Assembly: GCA_021801645.1 (NCBI GenBank)
Contig: JAJYXT010000010.1
Location: 25,052-89,051, forward strand
From: a bacterium
Lineage (GTDB): Bacteria; Chloroflexota; Dormibacteria; Aeolococcales; Bog-877
Direction: 5' to 3'
DNA length: 64,000 nucleotides
Shown: piece after piece, positions 37,461 through 47,115 of the stretch
Position numbering within the stretch: the first letter of the stretch is position 1
Layout of the letters: each line of letters begins with the position of its first letter
Notes under the pieces: generated by a model
Databases searched by the model: none
What the model saw: only the letters and a program-made list of their open reading frames with translations
Told to the model about the DNA's origin: nothing
Translations under genes and position numbers: made by a program

Positions 37461-37958
37461 CTACCTCGGCGCCGGCGCCGGTCCCAGCCAGACCTGGCGC
37501 TCGAACTCGGTCTTGAGCACCACGGTGGTCCGGGTCTGACGCACCCCGGGAAGCTCCCGGATCCAGTCGACCAGGTCCAGCAGCGCCTCGGTGTCCTGGG
37601 TGCGCACCTTGAGGAAGAACGAGAGGTCCCCGGCGATGTCGTGGCACTCGTCGACCTCTGGCCGCTGCCGCAGCCGGCCGGCCAGGGTCCCGCCGGTGAC
37701 GTCCGCCTCCACTCCCACGAAGGCGGTCACCGGCCGGCCCAGGGCGACCGGGTCCAGGTCCAAGGTCCACCCCCGGATCACCCCATCGCGTTGGAGCCGC
37801 CGGAGCCGCTCGTGCACCGAAGACGGGGCCAGGCCAGCCAAGCGACCCACCTCGGCCAGGGTGGTGCGGGCGTTGGCCTGCAGTGCACGCAGGATCTTCG
37901 AATCGCTTTCGTCCAGATCTGAGGCGAAGGACGCGCCCACGAATTTCTTTCGGTCCAT
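37461..37958 (-). CDS. Lrp/AsnC family transcriptional regulator
   Basis: LDESDSKILRALQANAR...ERLRRL...GVI, ECHDIAGD, TRTTVVL. Confidence 0.92.
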   Translation of the reverse strand: MDRKKFVGASFASDLDESDSKILRALQANARTTLAEVGRLAGLAPSSVHERLRRLQRDGVIRGWTLDLDPVALGRPVTAFVGVEADVTGGTLAGRLRQRPEVDECHDIAGDLSFFLKVRTQDTEALLDLVDWIRELPGVRQTRTTVVLKTEFERQVWLGPAPAPR

Positions 37959-37994
37959 TTGCGGCACCCCCCTATGGTTGCATAGGTTCTAGTC

Positions 37995-38990
37995 ATGCGA
38001 TTGAATCAGATTTTGGATCTGAACTTGGACTATCGAAGGATAGCGGCAGCTCGACCCAGCCGCGCTCAGGGCGCGGCGGCCGCCCTGCTGCTGGTGGTCG
38101 CGCTCTGGGGAGCCAGCTTCGTCGTGGTGCGCGCCGCCGTCTCCGCCTACCCAGTGGTGGGCTTCCTCTTCCTGCGCATGCTTTTGGGAGGGCTGGCTCT
38201 CATGGTCGTGGCCTACCTCCGCCCCAGCAGCCGGCCCCGTTGGGCCCGCGTGCCCCGTAGGAGCCTGATCGCGGTGGGCGCGGCCCTCACCGTCGGATAC
38301 GTCACCCAGACGCTGGGGTTGGCGCTGGGGGCGCCGGCTGGCGTGGCGGCGACCCTGACCAGCCTGGTGGTGGTGCTGGCGCCGGCCTGGGAGTGGGCGA
38401 TGACCGGCAGGTCCCCGGATCGGCGGGTGGTGGTGAGCTCGCTGCTGGCCGTCGGGGGCACCATTCTGATCTGCCACGCTGCCCCGGCCACCGGGGCGGG
38501 AACGGGTGACGCGATCTTCGGCATCGCGCTGGAGGTCATCTCCGCGGCCGCCTTCGCCCTACAGGTGGTGCTGGTGGGCCAGCTGGGTGAGAACCTGTCG
38601 GCGACGGCGCTCGGCGGCGCCCAGCTTCTGCTGGTGGCGGTGATGCTACTTCCCGCCCTTCCGCTCGCGGGAGGGCTCCCGGTTCCCTCGGCGGGGGTCG
38701 TGGCGGCGGTGGTCTTCTCCGCCCTGGGCGCCTCGGCCTTCGGGTTCGCCGTGCAGGCGGCGGCGCAGAAGCATCTGACCACCGAAGCGGCCGCGGTGAT
38801 CATGGCGACCGAGCCCGCGTTCGCGCTTCTGGCGGCCACCCTCGCCGGCGAGCAGCAGCTGGGTCTGGCTGCCGCCGGGGGCCTCGGCCTGCTGCTGCTC
38901 GGGGTGACGGCCCAGGGTGACGCGCCCCGAACGCTGCTCCAGACCATCTCGGACCGGATCGGGTCGCGGACGCGGTGGCGGCAGGCCTGA
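37995..38990 (+). CDS. DMT/EamA family transporter (start may be slightly downstream)
   Basis: WGASFVVV, QTLGL, Q..AQKHL, TEPAFA; about 10 TM helices; divergent from the Lrp gene. Confidence 0.87.
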   Translation: MRLNQILDLNLDYRRIAAARPSRAQGAAAALLLVVALWGASFVVVRAAVSAYPVVGFLFLRMLLGGLALMVVAYLRPSSRPRWARVPRRSLIAVGAALTVGYVTQTLGLALGAPAGVAATLTSLVVVLAPAWEWAMTGRSPDRRVVVSSLLAVGGTILICHAAPATGAGTGDAIFGIALEVISAAAFALQVVLVGQLGENLSATALGGAQLLLVAVMLLPALPLAGGLPVPSAGVVAAVVFSALGASAFGFAVQAAAQKHLTTEAAAVIMATEPAFALLAATLAGEQQLGLAAAGGLGLLLLGVTAQGDAPRTLLQTISDRIGSRTRWRQA

Positions 38991-39046
38991 CGCTGGACCG
39001 CACTCCGCGCTGCGCTCCCGAGTCGTCACCCGGCAAACTGGGGGCT

Positions 39047-39880
39047 GTGACCGCAAGGCAACTCACCCTGATGGCCGTCCACGCCCACCCGGACGACGAG
39101 GTTCTCACCACCGGAGGGGTCCTGCTCCGCTGCGCCCAGGAGGGGTTGCGCACGGTGCTGGTCACCTGCACCAATGGGGAGCTGGGGGACGCCCCCGCCG
39201 GGATCAAACCGGACAGCCCGGGCCACGATGAGAGCCAGGTGCGCGCCGTCCGGCGTGAGGAGCTGCTGGCCTCATGCCGCATCCTCCAGGTTTCCCGCCT
39301 GGAGATGCTGGGCTACCTGGACTCAGGGATGGAGGGATGGGCCCAGAACGGCCGACCGGGGTCACTCACCGGTGCGCCGCTCGAGGAGGAGGTGGAGCGG
39401 CTGGCGACGCTCATCCGGGAGGAGCGGCCCCAGGTGCTGGTCACCTACGACGAGTCAGGCGGATATGGGCACCCGGACCACATCAGAACGCACCAGCTGG
39501 CCGTGGCCGCGGCCGCCGCCACCGGCATCCCGGAGAAGGTCTACCACACGGCCATCCCCCGGTCGGCGGTGGCGGCGGCGGCGCGCCGGATGCGGGAGAT
39601 GGGCGTGAACCTGCAGGAGTTTCAGGACGAGATGGACCCCGACAACCCGCCCTTCGGGGTCGACGACTCCCTGGTGACCACCGTGGTCGATGTCTCAGGC
39701 CAGGTCGAGGCCAAGCTGGCCGCGCTGAAGGCGCACGCCAGCCAGGCCGACAACGGCTTCCTGCTCCGGTTCCCGCCCGAGCTGGTGCGGGATTTCCTCT
39801 CCCGCGAGTACTTCATCCGGGCCCTGGACCGGACCGGGGCCGGCCTCCCGGAGTCGGACCTCTTCGCCGGGGTCCGCTGA
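39047..39880 (+). CDS. PIG-L family deacetylase (MshB/Mca-like)
   Basis: VHAHPDDE, TCTNGELG, GY.DSGM, GGYGHPDH, AHASQ. Confidence 0.9.
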   Translation: MTARQLTLMAVHAHPDDEVLTTGGVLLRCAQEGLRTVLVTCTNGELGDAPAGIKPDSPGHDESQVRAVRREELLASCRILQVSRLEMLGYLDSGMEGWAQNGRPGSLTGAPLEEEVERLATLIREERPQVLVTYDESGGYGHPDHIRTHQLAVAAAAATGIPEKVYHTAIPRSAVAAAARRMREMGVNLQEFQDEMDPDNPPFGVDDSLVTTVVDVSGQVEAKLAALKAHASQADNGFLLRFPPELVRDFLSREYFIRALDRTGAGLPESDLFAGVR

Positions 39881-39914
39881 GAGCCCACCGTTCCCCTGCC
39901 GCCAGGCGCAGCGG

Positions 39915-39989
39915 TGGTCGGGGCGGGCGGACTCGAACCGCCGATCTCCTGCTCCCAAAGCAGGCACCCTACCACTGGGCCACGCCCCG
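39915..39989 (-). tRNA. tRNA-Pro(TGG)
   Basis: CGGGGCGTGGCCCAGTGGTAGGGTG-CCTGC-TTTGGGA-GCAGG...GGTTCGAGTCC...CCCCGACCA; TATGAT -10 box at 39998-40003. Confidence 0.96.
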
Positions 39990-40027
39990 CAGGCGCGATC
40001 ATACCGGCGCCGGACCGGACCGGCCCC

Positions 40028-40648
40028 TCAGGGAGCGGCAGCTTCCAGGGATCGGAGCAGCTGCCGGACGGCCCGCCCCCGATGGCTGTGGAAGTCCTTC
40101 TCCTCTGGGTCCAGCTCGGCCATCGTCCGGGTCTCGCCCGCGGGGACGAAGATGGGGTCGTACCCGAAGCCGGCTCGTCCCCGCGGCATGGCCAGCAGCG
40201 ACCCGTCCACCCGGGCCTCGGACGTCAAGGTCTTGAGGGCTCCGCCCGCAGTGGGGATCGCCAGCGCCAGAGCGCACACGAAGGCCGCCTGACGCCGCGC
40301 CTCGGGAAGGTCGGCCACCCGTCGCTGCAGCCCCTCGCGCAGCTGGGCCGCGGTGGCCCCGTCGCCCAGCCAGCGAGCGGTGTGCAGCCCAGGCCAGCCA
40401 CCCAGTGCCGCCACCTCAACACCACTGTCGTCGCCGATGGCGGGCAGCCGAGTCGAGGTGGCTGCGGCCACCGCCTTCACCAGCGCGTTGCCCAGATAGG
40501 TTTCCCGGTCCTCCTCCCAGCTGGTGGCGCTTCCCTGGGGTGCCTCGTCCAGGGCGAGCAGGCGCCAGCCAAAGGGCGCGAGGAGGCGGCGGAACTCTTC
40601 CACCTTGCCGGGGTTGCGGCTGGCCACCACCACGGTCGCCAGCTTCAC
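40028..40648 (-). CDS. rdgB: Non-canonical purine NTP pyrophosphatase (RdgB/HAM1)
   Basis: ASRNPGKVEE, DDSGVEV, GFGYDPIF, SHRGRA; follows rph. Confidence 0.93.
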   Translation of the reverse strand: MKLATVVVASRNPGKVEEFRRLLAPFGWRLLALDEAPQGSATSWEEDRETYLGNALVKAVAAATSTRLPAIGDDSGVEVAALGGWPGLHTARWLGDGATAAQLREGLQRRVADLPEARRQAAFVCALALAIPTAGGALKTLTSEARVDGSLLAMPRGRAGFGYDPIFVPAGETRTMAELDPEEKDFHSHRGRAVRQLLRSLEAAAP

Positions 40649-40649
40649 C

Positions 40650-41366
40650 TCAGTCCTCCCCCACCGCCGCTCGCTGGACCGCCAGGATGACACCGATTCC
40701 AACCTGTCCGAGGACGAGCAGCGGGGGCAGTAGCGCCGGGTCGAGGGCGGCGCCCTCAGCGGTGCCCTGCACCTCGACCAGCTGGAGGTCGGAGGTCATG
40801 ACCAGGTTCATGTCCGTGTCCGCCCGGCTGTCCTCCGGGTAGTCCAGATCCAGCACCGGCTCCCCGTCGACCACCCCCACGCTCACCGCTGCTACCTGGC
40901 GCCGGACCGGGTCCTTGGCCACCATCCCCGCGGCCGTCAGCCGGCGGCAGGCCAGGTTGAGGGCCACCCAGCCACCGGAGATGGCGGCGGTGCGGGTGCC
41001 GCCGTCCGCCTGGAGCACGTCGCAGTCCACGATCACGGTCCTCTCCCCGAGCAGCCTCAGGTCGACCGCGGCTCGCAGGCTGCGCGCCACCAGCCGCTGG
41101 ATCTCCTGCGAGCGCCCGTCCACCCGGTTGCGCTCCCGGGGGGTCCGCTCAGGGGTTGCCCGGGGCAGCATCGCGTACTCCGCGGTGACCCAGCCCGACC
41201 TGCTCCCCCGACGATGAGGCGGGACCCGCTCCTCGAGGCTGGCGGTGCAGAGCACCCTGGTGGAGCCCAGGGTGATGAGCGCCTCACCCTCCGCCCACCC
41301 TCCAAGCGAGGTCTCGATGGTGAGTGGGCGAAGCTGGTCGGCGAGGCGGCCGTCGTGCCGGGCCAT
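40650..41366 (-). CDS. rph: Ribonuclease PH
   Basis: GWVTAEYAMLPRAT, EIQRL, DCDVLQADGGTRTA, EVQGTAE. Confidence 0.96.
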   Translation of the reverse strand: MARHDGRLADQLRPLTIETSLGGWAEGEALITLGSTRVLCTASLEERVPPHRRGSRSGWVTAEYAMLPRATPERTPRERNRVDGRSQEIQRLVARSLRAAVDLRLLGERTVIVDCDVLQADGGTRTAAISGGWVALNLACRRLTAAGMVAKDPVRRQVAAVSVGVVDGEPVLDLDYPEDSRADTDMNLVMTSDLQLVEVQGTAEGAALDPALLPPLLVLGQVGIGVILAVQRAAVGED

Positions 41367-42157
41367 CAGCGGCGCAGGAACCCGCGGATGAAGAGGATGC
41401 TCCCCTCGTAGAGGAGGATGAGGGCCACCGAGAGGAAGGTCGGGGTGAAGGGGTCGGCGCCCGGGGTGATCACCAGCGCCACCAGGATGATGACGAAGTA
41501 GGCCGCCTTCCTCCAGCTGGAGAGGCGCCGGCTGCTCAGAAGCCCCACCGCGGCGAGCAGGCTGAGGGCCACGGGCAACTCGAATGTGACCCCGAAGACC
41601 AGCACCACCAGGGAGAGGAAGGAGAGATAGGCGGAGAGGTCGGGCAGATAGATGGCGTTCCCGCCGAGAAAGGTGGCCAGGAAGGAGAGCCCGATGGGAA
41701 GGATGAAGTAGGCGAAGACCGCGCCCAGGGCGAAGAAGACCAGGGTCCCGAACACGAAGGGGAAGGCCAGCTGCCTCTCCCGCTCCCGCAGGCCCGGGGC
41801 CACGAACCGCCAGATCTGCCAGACGATGACCGGAAGGGCCAGGATCACCCCGGCCACCGCCGCCACCTCGAAGGGGATGGCGAGGCCCTGGATGGGGCTG
41901 GTGACCACCACCTTCTGGCCGAAGGGCGAGTGGGAGCGCAGCAGGGCCAGGCGGAGGGGACGCTCCAGGATGGCGATCAGCGGCTGGTTGAAGGTGAAGG
42001 CCAGAGCGGTCGCCAGCCCCCAGGCGATCAGGGAGACGATGATGGCCCGGCGCAGCTCCTCGAGGTGCTCGACCAGGGTGAGCTGCCGGCCGCCGTCCGG
42101 AATCGGCCCCCGGAGTGCCGGCCCGCTGCGCCAGCCGCTCAGCCGGCGCGCCGCCAC
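41366..42157 (-). CDS. tatC: Twin-arginine translocase subunit TatC
   Basis: LVEHLEELRR, WRFVAPGL, FGVTFELP, ITPGADP, LYE. Confidence 0.95.
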   Translation of the reverse strand: MAARRLSGWRSGPALRGPIPDGGRQLTLVEHLEELRRAIIVSLIAWGLATALAFTFNQPLIAILERPLRLALLRSHSPFGQKVVVTSPIQGLAIPFEVAAVAGVILALPVIVWQIWRFVAPGLRERERQLAFPFVFGTLVFFALGAVFAYFILPIGLSFLATFLGGNAIYLPDLSAYLSFLSLVVLVFGVTFELPVALSLLAAVGLLSSRRLSSWRKAAYFVIILVALVITPGADPFTPTFLSVALILLYEGSILFIRGFLRR

Positions 42158-42171
42158 CAGCTAGGACTCGC

Positions 42172-42414
42172 TCAGTTGGCCCGGTCGGTGGGCCCTGGCG
42201 CCGCTCCCACCGCGGGCGGGGGGCTGGACGGGCCGTCCTGGGAGCCCGACGGGGGTGGGCTCGGGGGAGGATCCCCCAGCGCGGACTGGGAGGCGTGGCG
42301 GAACTCGTTCAGCGCCCGACCCAGGGACTGTCCCAGCTCAGGGAGCCGCTTGGGGCCGAAGATGACCAGCGCCACCAACAGCACCAGCAGGATTATCGGC
42401 CAGTGGTCTCCCAA
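42172..42414 (-). CDS. tatA: Twin-arginine translocase TatA/E
   Basis: VIFGPKRLPELGQSLGRALNEFR. Confidence 0.93.
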   Translation of the reverse strand: MGDHWPIILLVLLVALVIFGPKRLPELGQSLGRALNEFRHASQSALGDPPPSPPPSGSQDGPSSPPPAVGAAPGPTDRAN

Positions 42415-42456
42415 CTCGACTAGCTCCTATCAGGGAACTCCGGCGACGGCGCCCGG

Positions 42457-42465
42457 AGTATAGCA
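42457..42465 (-). promoter_or_regulatory. Extended -10 promoter (TGcTATACT) for the tatA-tatC-rph-rdgB run
   Basis: TGn-TATACT ~43 nt upstream of tatA, followed by a CTCCGG...CCGGAG leader hairpin and AGGAG. Confidence 0.6.
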
Positions 42466-42499
42466 CTGGCCGAAATTGCCACTCCGGGGCGGTCCGGGG

Positions 42500-43801
42500 T
42501 CAAGCCGCGTCGGCGAGCGCCTCGGCGAACGCCTCCAGGAGATGGTCCAGGTCCTGATCGGTGTGGGCCAGGGAGAGGAAGCCCGCCTCGAACTGCGAGG
42601 GCGGCCAGAACACCCCGCGCTCGAGGAGGCCCCGGTGCACCAGGGAGAAGCGGGCGAGGTCGCTGGAGCGGGCGCCGGCGTAGTCGCGGACCGGCTGGTC
42701 CGAGAAGAAGAAGGTAAGCATCGACCCCACCCGGTTCACCCGCAGGGGAACACCGAGCTCCCGAGCCGCAGCCGACATCCCCTCCTCCAGCCGGGCGCCC
42801 ATCTCCTCCAGCCGCTGATAGGGGAGCTGGGAGTCCAAGCGGCCCAAGGTGGCCAGCCCGGCGGTCACCGCAAGTGGGTTGCCACTCAGGGTTCCGGCCT
42901 GGTAGACCGGCCCCGCGGGCGCCAGCTGGCCCATCAGGTCGGCGCGGCCGCCAAAGGCCCCCACTGGGAGACCCCCACCGATCACCTTCCCGAGGCAGGT
43001 CAGGTCGGGGGTGACGCCGTAGAGCTCCTGCGCGCCCCCACGGGCCACCCGGAATCCGGTCATGACCTCGTCGAGGATGAGCAGGGCCCCATGGCGGCTG
43101 GTTAGCTGGCGCAGCCCTTCCAGGAATCCCGGCTCGGGCGGTACCACCCCCATGTTTCCGGCCACCGGCTCGACGATCACCGCCGCCACCCGCTCCCCCT
43201 GGCCCGAGAAAAGCTCCGCCACCGCCTCCAGGTCGTTGAAGGGGGCCACCAGGGTGTCGGCCACGGTTCCCGCCGGCACCCCCGGGGAGCCGGGGATGGA
43301 CAGGGTGGCCACCCCCGATCCGGCCGCCGCCAGCAGGGAGTCGGCGTGGCCGTGGTAGCAGCCGTCGAATTTCAGGATCAGGTCCCGACCCGTGGCTGCC
43401 CGGGCCAGCCGCACGGCCCCCATCGCCGCCTCGGTGCCACTGCTGGTAAGCCGGAGCATCTCCACCGCCGGCATGCGCCGGGCAACCTCCTCGGCGAGCT
43501 CCACCTCCAGCTCGGAGGGCCCGCCCAGCGCCTCCGCCCAGGCGAGCTGGTCTCGGAGCGCCTCCACCACCGCCGGGGGGAGGTGCCCAAGGATGAGCGG
43601 GCCGTAGGCCAGGACCATGTCCAGATAGCGATTCCCGTCCAGGTCGACCAGGTACGGCCCCTCCGCGGAGGCGAAGAAGGGCGGGGAACCGCCCACCCCG
43701 CGGAACGAGCGCACCGGGCTGTTCACCCCTCCCGGCATAACCAGCTGGGCCCTCTCCAGGGCCCGAATGGAGCGGTCCAGCCGGTATCCCCGTGCGCTCA
43801 G
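42500..43801 (-). CDS. hemL: Glutamate-1-semialdehyde 2,1-aminomutase; probable CTG start
   Basis: PGGVNSPVR, SSGTEA, FDGCYHGH, DEVMTGFR, GKVIGGG, YQAGTLSGN; conserved N-terminal helix RSIRALERAQLV lies upstream of the first ATG (43738). Confidence 0.95.
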   Translation of the reverse strand: MSARGYRLDRSIRALERAQLVMPGGVNSPVRSFRGVGGSPPFFASAEGPYLVDLDGNRYLDMVLAYGPLILGHLPPAVVEALRDQLAWAEALGGPSELEVELAEEVARRMPAVEMLRLTSSGTEAAMGAVRLARAATGRDLILKFDGCYHGHADSLLAAAGSGVATLSIPGSPGVPAGTVADTLVAPFNDLEAVAELFSGQGERVAAVIVEPVAGNMGVVPPEPGFLEGLRQLTSRHGALLILDEVMTGFRVARGGAQELYGVTPDLTCLGKVIGGGLPVGAFGGRADLMGQLAPAGPVYQAGTLSGNPLAVTAGLATLGRLDSQLPYQRLEEMGARLEEGMSAAARELGVPLRVNRVGSMLTFFFSDQPVRDYAGARSSDLARFSLVHRGLLERGVFWPPSQFEAGFLSLAHTDQDLDHLLEAFAEALADAA

Positions 43802-44484
43802 GGAAGCTGCTCCCGGACGGTTATCCGCATCGGATCGCCCCGGCGGACCCTCTGGGCGACCTTGAGGCCGGAGACTACCTCCCCGAACAGGTTGTAGTCA
43901 GGGGATAGGGTGAAGGGCGACAGGGTGATGAAGAACTGGCTGCCGTTGGTGTTGGCTCCGGCGTTGGCCATGGCCACGGCGCCCGGCTGGTAGGCACCCT
44001 TGCTGTAGAGCGGGGAGTTGACCGGCTCACTGCGGAACTGGAATCCGGGCCCTCCCGTGAGGTTGTCGTGGGGGCTGCCCCCCTGGATCACCGGCCCGCC
44101 GGGGGCGGTGCTCGGGTCGCGTGCCCACTTGAGGCCGTCGAAGAAGTGGTTGCGCGCCAGGGTCACGAACACGTTCACGGTGATCGGCGCCCAGCTGGGG
44201 ACCAGGCAGACAACGATCTCCCCCTCAGGGACGGTGATCGTGGCCTCGTAGAGCCGGTGTAGGTCGATGGTCATCGGGGGGACCGCGGGGTAGTGCCGCA
44301 GGTTCGCGGGCTGGTCGAGGGGGGCGAGCGGAGGTCCGAACTGGGCCTGCTGGCAATCTGCTGTGGACACTGGGGTGACCTCCCTGTGGGCTCCGACATT
44401 GACGAAAAAGGCGACCACTCCCAGGGCCACCACCACCACCGCGGCCAGCGCCAGCGCCAGGGGACGGCGCAGCGGGGACGGCAT
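43798..44484 (-). CDS. Membrane-anchored cyclophilin-type peptidyl-prolyl isomerase
   Basis: TM anchor; APITVN.F..LA...FFDG, IQGG, AMANAG.NTNGSQFFI, FGEVVSG. Confidence 0.88.
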   Translation of the reverse strand: MPSPLRRPLALALAAVVVVALGVVAFFVNVGAHREVTPVSTADCQQAQFGPPLAPLDQPANLRHYPAVPPMTIDLHRLYEATITVPEGEIVVCLVPSWAPITVNVFVTLARNHFFDGLKWARDPSTAPGGPVIQGGSPHDNLTGGPGFQFRSEPVNSPLYSKGAYQPGAVAMANAGANTNGSQFFITLSPFTLSPDYNLFGEVVSGLKVAQRVRRGDPMRITVREQLP

Positions 44485-45470
44485 CAGCCCTCCTCCCTGA
44501 GCCAGCGGCTGATCTCGCGGGCAAAGTAGGTCAGGATCACGTCCGCGCCGGCCCTGCGCATCGACAGGTGCGACTCCAAGACCGCCTGGCGGAGGTCCAG
44601 CGCCCCTGCGGCGGCGGCCGCGCGCAGCATGGCGTACTCGCCGGACACGGAGAAGCAGGCCAGCGGGGCGTCGAAATGGTCGCGAGCCTCGCGGACCAGG
44701 TCCAGATAGCTCAGGCCGGGCTTGACCATGAGGATGTCGGCCCCCTCGAGCAGATCCAGCTCCAGCTCCCGCATCGCCTCCCGGCGGTTGGCCGGGTCCA
44801 TCTGGTAGCCCCGCCGATCGCCGAACTGTGGGGCACAGTCCGCCGCCTCGCGGAAGGGGCCGTAGAAGCAGGAGGCGAACTTGGCGGCGTAGGCCAGGAT
44901 GAGAACCTTAGTCTGCCCGGAGGAGTCCAGCGCCTCTCGGATGGCCCCGACCTGCCCGTCCATCATCCCCGAGGGGGCGATGACGTCCGCTCCGGCAGCC
45001 GCCTGGCTCACGGCAACCCGCTGGTAAAGCTCCAGAGTGCGGTCGTTCTCCACCTCCCCTCGGGCATCCAGCACACCGCAGTGGCCATGGACGGTGTACT
45101 CGTCCAGGCAGTCGTCCGCCACCAGCAGCAATCGGTCGCCGAACTCGGAGCGCAGCCGCCGGAGCGCCACCTGGACGATGCCCTGCTCATCCCAGGCCGA
45201 GGACCCCAAATCATCCTTGCGCTCTGGCACCCCGAACAGGACCAGCCCGGCGAGCCCCAGCTCGGCGGCCTCGGTGGCGAGGGCCACCAGGCCGTCCACC
45301 GTCTCCTGGTACACGCCCGGCATGGTGGAGATGGCCCTGCGCTCGGGCACACCCTCCGCCACGAAACAGGGCAGAAGCAGCTGATCCGCCCGCAGGTGGG
45401 TCTCACGGACCAGCCGGCGCAGGGCGGGGGTGCGGCGAAGGCGGCGAGGGCGATCGTCTGGGAAGGACAT
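44484..45470 (-). CDS. hemB: Porphobilinogen synthase
   Basis: RPRRLR, CLDEYTVHGHCG (Zn-binding), APSGMMDG, YGPFR, MVKP, VSGEY. Confidence 0.96.
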   Translation of the reverse strand: MSFPDDRPRRLRRTPALRRLVRETHLRADQLLLPCFVAEGVPERRAISTMPGVYQETVDGLVALATEAAELGLAGLVLFGVPERKDDLGSSAWDEQGIVQVALRRLRSEFGDRLLLVADDCLDEYTVHGHCGVLDARGEVENDRTLELYQRVAVSQAAAGADVIAPSGMMDGQVGAIREALDSSGQTKVLILAYAAKFASCFYGPFREAADCAPQFGDRRGYQMDPANRREAMRELELDLLEGADILMVKPGLSYLDLVREARDHFDAPLACFSVSGEYAMLRAAAAAGALDLRQAVLESHLSMRRAGADVILTYFAREISRWLREEG

Positions 45471-45478
45471 CTCAGCGG

Positions 45479-46237
45479 CTATTGTCGTCGACCGGGGGCC
45501 GCCGTCATCGCCGCCACCAGGCCCGGCAGGGAATGGACGTTGGCCACCACATCTGGCCCGAGCCCGTGAGCCTCGGCCGTCCTGGCGGTTATCGGACCAA
45601 TGCAGGCCACCCTCGAGCCGGGGGGAAGTCCCCGACCCTGGGCAAGCTCGGCGTAACCACGGACGGTGCTGGAGCTGGTGAAGGTGATCCAGTCCGGGGG
45701 GGCTTCGCGCAGAAGACGGCTCAGCTTGGGGGCCGAGGCGGGGTCGGCGGAGGCCCGGTAGAGCACGACCTCGGTCACATCGGCCCCCGCCTCCTCAAGT
45801 GCCCTCGGGAGCACGTCCCGAGCCCCTTCGGCACGGGGAAGCAGGACACGGCGGCCGCCCACCCCGGAAGCCAGCATCGCCTCCGCCAGGGACTCGGCCA
45901 CGAACTCCTGGGGTAGAGGCCTGGGCATCCACCCCAGCTTCCGGGCGGCAGCTGCGGTCCCGGGCCCGATCGCGAAGAGCTCGGTTCCCGAGCCGGGAGG
46001 ATGGGCAACCTCCAGGAGGCGCAATGCGTTGGCACTGGTGAAGGCGACGATGTCGAACCGGCCGGACCGCACCTCCGCCCTCAGTGCCTCCATCTTCTCG
46101 GGGCCGAGGAGCGGGATCAGCCTGATGACCGGGACCCAGACCGGCTCGGCGCCAGCTGCCCGGAGCAGCTCGCCGAGGCCGCCATCGGCTGGCTCCGGGC
46201 GGGTGACGAGGACCCGGGCCCCGCTCAATCGGCTCAC
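45479..46237 (-). CDS. hemD: Uroporphyrinogen-III synthase
   Basis: VLVTRP, FTSANA, AIGPGT, FTSSST, CIGPIT. Confidence 0.92.
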   Translation of the reverse strand: MSRLSGARVLVTRPEPADGGLGELLRAAGAEPVWVPVIRLIPLLGPEKMEALRAEVRSGRFDIVAFTSANALRLLEVAHPPGSGTELFAIGPGTAAAARKLGWMPRPLPQEFVAESLAEAMLASGVGGRRVLLPRAEGARDVLPRALEEAGADVTEVVLYRASADPASAPKLSRLLREAPPDWITFTSSSTVRGYAELAQGRGLPPGSRVACIGPITARTAEAHGLGPDVVANVHSLPGLVAAMTAAPGRRQ

Positions 46238-47115
46238 CCCAGAGCGCTCAGACGTCCCACCAGCTCGTCAAGGGCAAACTCGGCCCGGAGGTCGGGCACT
46301 ACGGCGGCCTGCCTGCGCAGGCCCCCCGCGTCCGCGGAGTAGGCGGCCGAAACCAGCCATCCGCCGGCCGGGATGGGCTCGGCCAGGGCCCCCAGAGCCA
46401 GCTGGCAGCCTCCCCCCATCCGCCCTAGAAGGCGCCGCTCGGCCTCCACCGCGACTCGTGTGGGGGGATGGTCGAGTTGAGCCAGCACCCCGAGCCAGCC
46501 GCTGTCCACCCGTGCCTCCACTGCTATCGCGCCCTGGCCGGCGGCCGGGGTGCACTCGCTGTGGGGATCGAGCGGCTGGCCGCGTCCCAACAGCCCGAGC
46601 CGGAGCAGGCCGGCGGCGGCAACCACCACCCCGTCCACCACCCCTTCGTCGACAAGGCGGAGGCGGGTGGGCACGTTGCCCCGGATGGGGCGGAAGGTGA
46701 GGTCGGCTCGCACCGCCCTCAGCTGGGCCATCCGGCGGGGGGACGACGTCCCGAGACAGCACCCCGAGGGGAGCTCAAGCCAGGGGACACCGGCTCGGGT
46801 GACCACGACGTCGCGGGAATCCGCGCGCTCCAGATAGGCCGGCACCGTGAGACCCGCGGGGGTCGCGGTGGGCAGGTCCTTGGCGCTGTGCACTGCGGCG
46901 TCGATCGAGCCGGCGGTGAGCTCCTGCTGCAGCCGGGAGGTGAACCAGCCGTCCACCCGCTGGTCCGTGAGGCTGGCACTAGGCCTCAGGTCTCCGTCGC
47001 TGTGGACGACGCGCACCACGGCCTCGGGCGCTGAGGGGAGGCGTCGCAGGGCGGCCACCACCAGATTGGCCTGCACCAGGGCCAGCTGGCTACCGCGGCT
47101 GCCCAGGACGATCAA
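46234..47115 (-). CDS. hemC: Hydroxymethylbilane synthase
   Basis: GSRGSQLA, HSAKDLP, GTSSPRR, IRGNV.TR, GQGA, GGGC. Confidence 0.94.
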   Translation of the reverse strand: MIVLGSRGSQLALVQANLVVAALRRLPSAPEAVVRVVHSDGDLRPSASLTDQRVDGWFTSRLQQELTAGSIDAAVHSAKDLPTATPAGLTVPAYLERADSRDVVVTRAGVPWLELPSGCCLGTSSPRRMAQLRAVRADLTFRPIRGNVPTRLRLVDEGVVDGVVVAAAGLLRLGLLGRGQPLDPHSECTPAAGQGAIAVEARVDSGWLGVLAQLDHPPTRVAVEAERRLLGRMGGGCQLALGALAEPIPAGGWLVSAAYSADAGGLRRQAAVVPDLRAEFALDELVGRLSALG

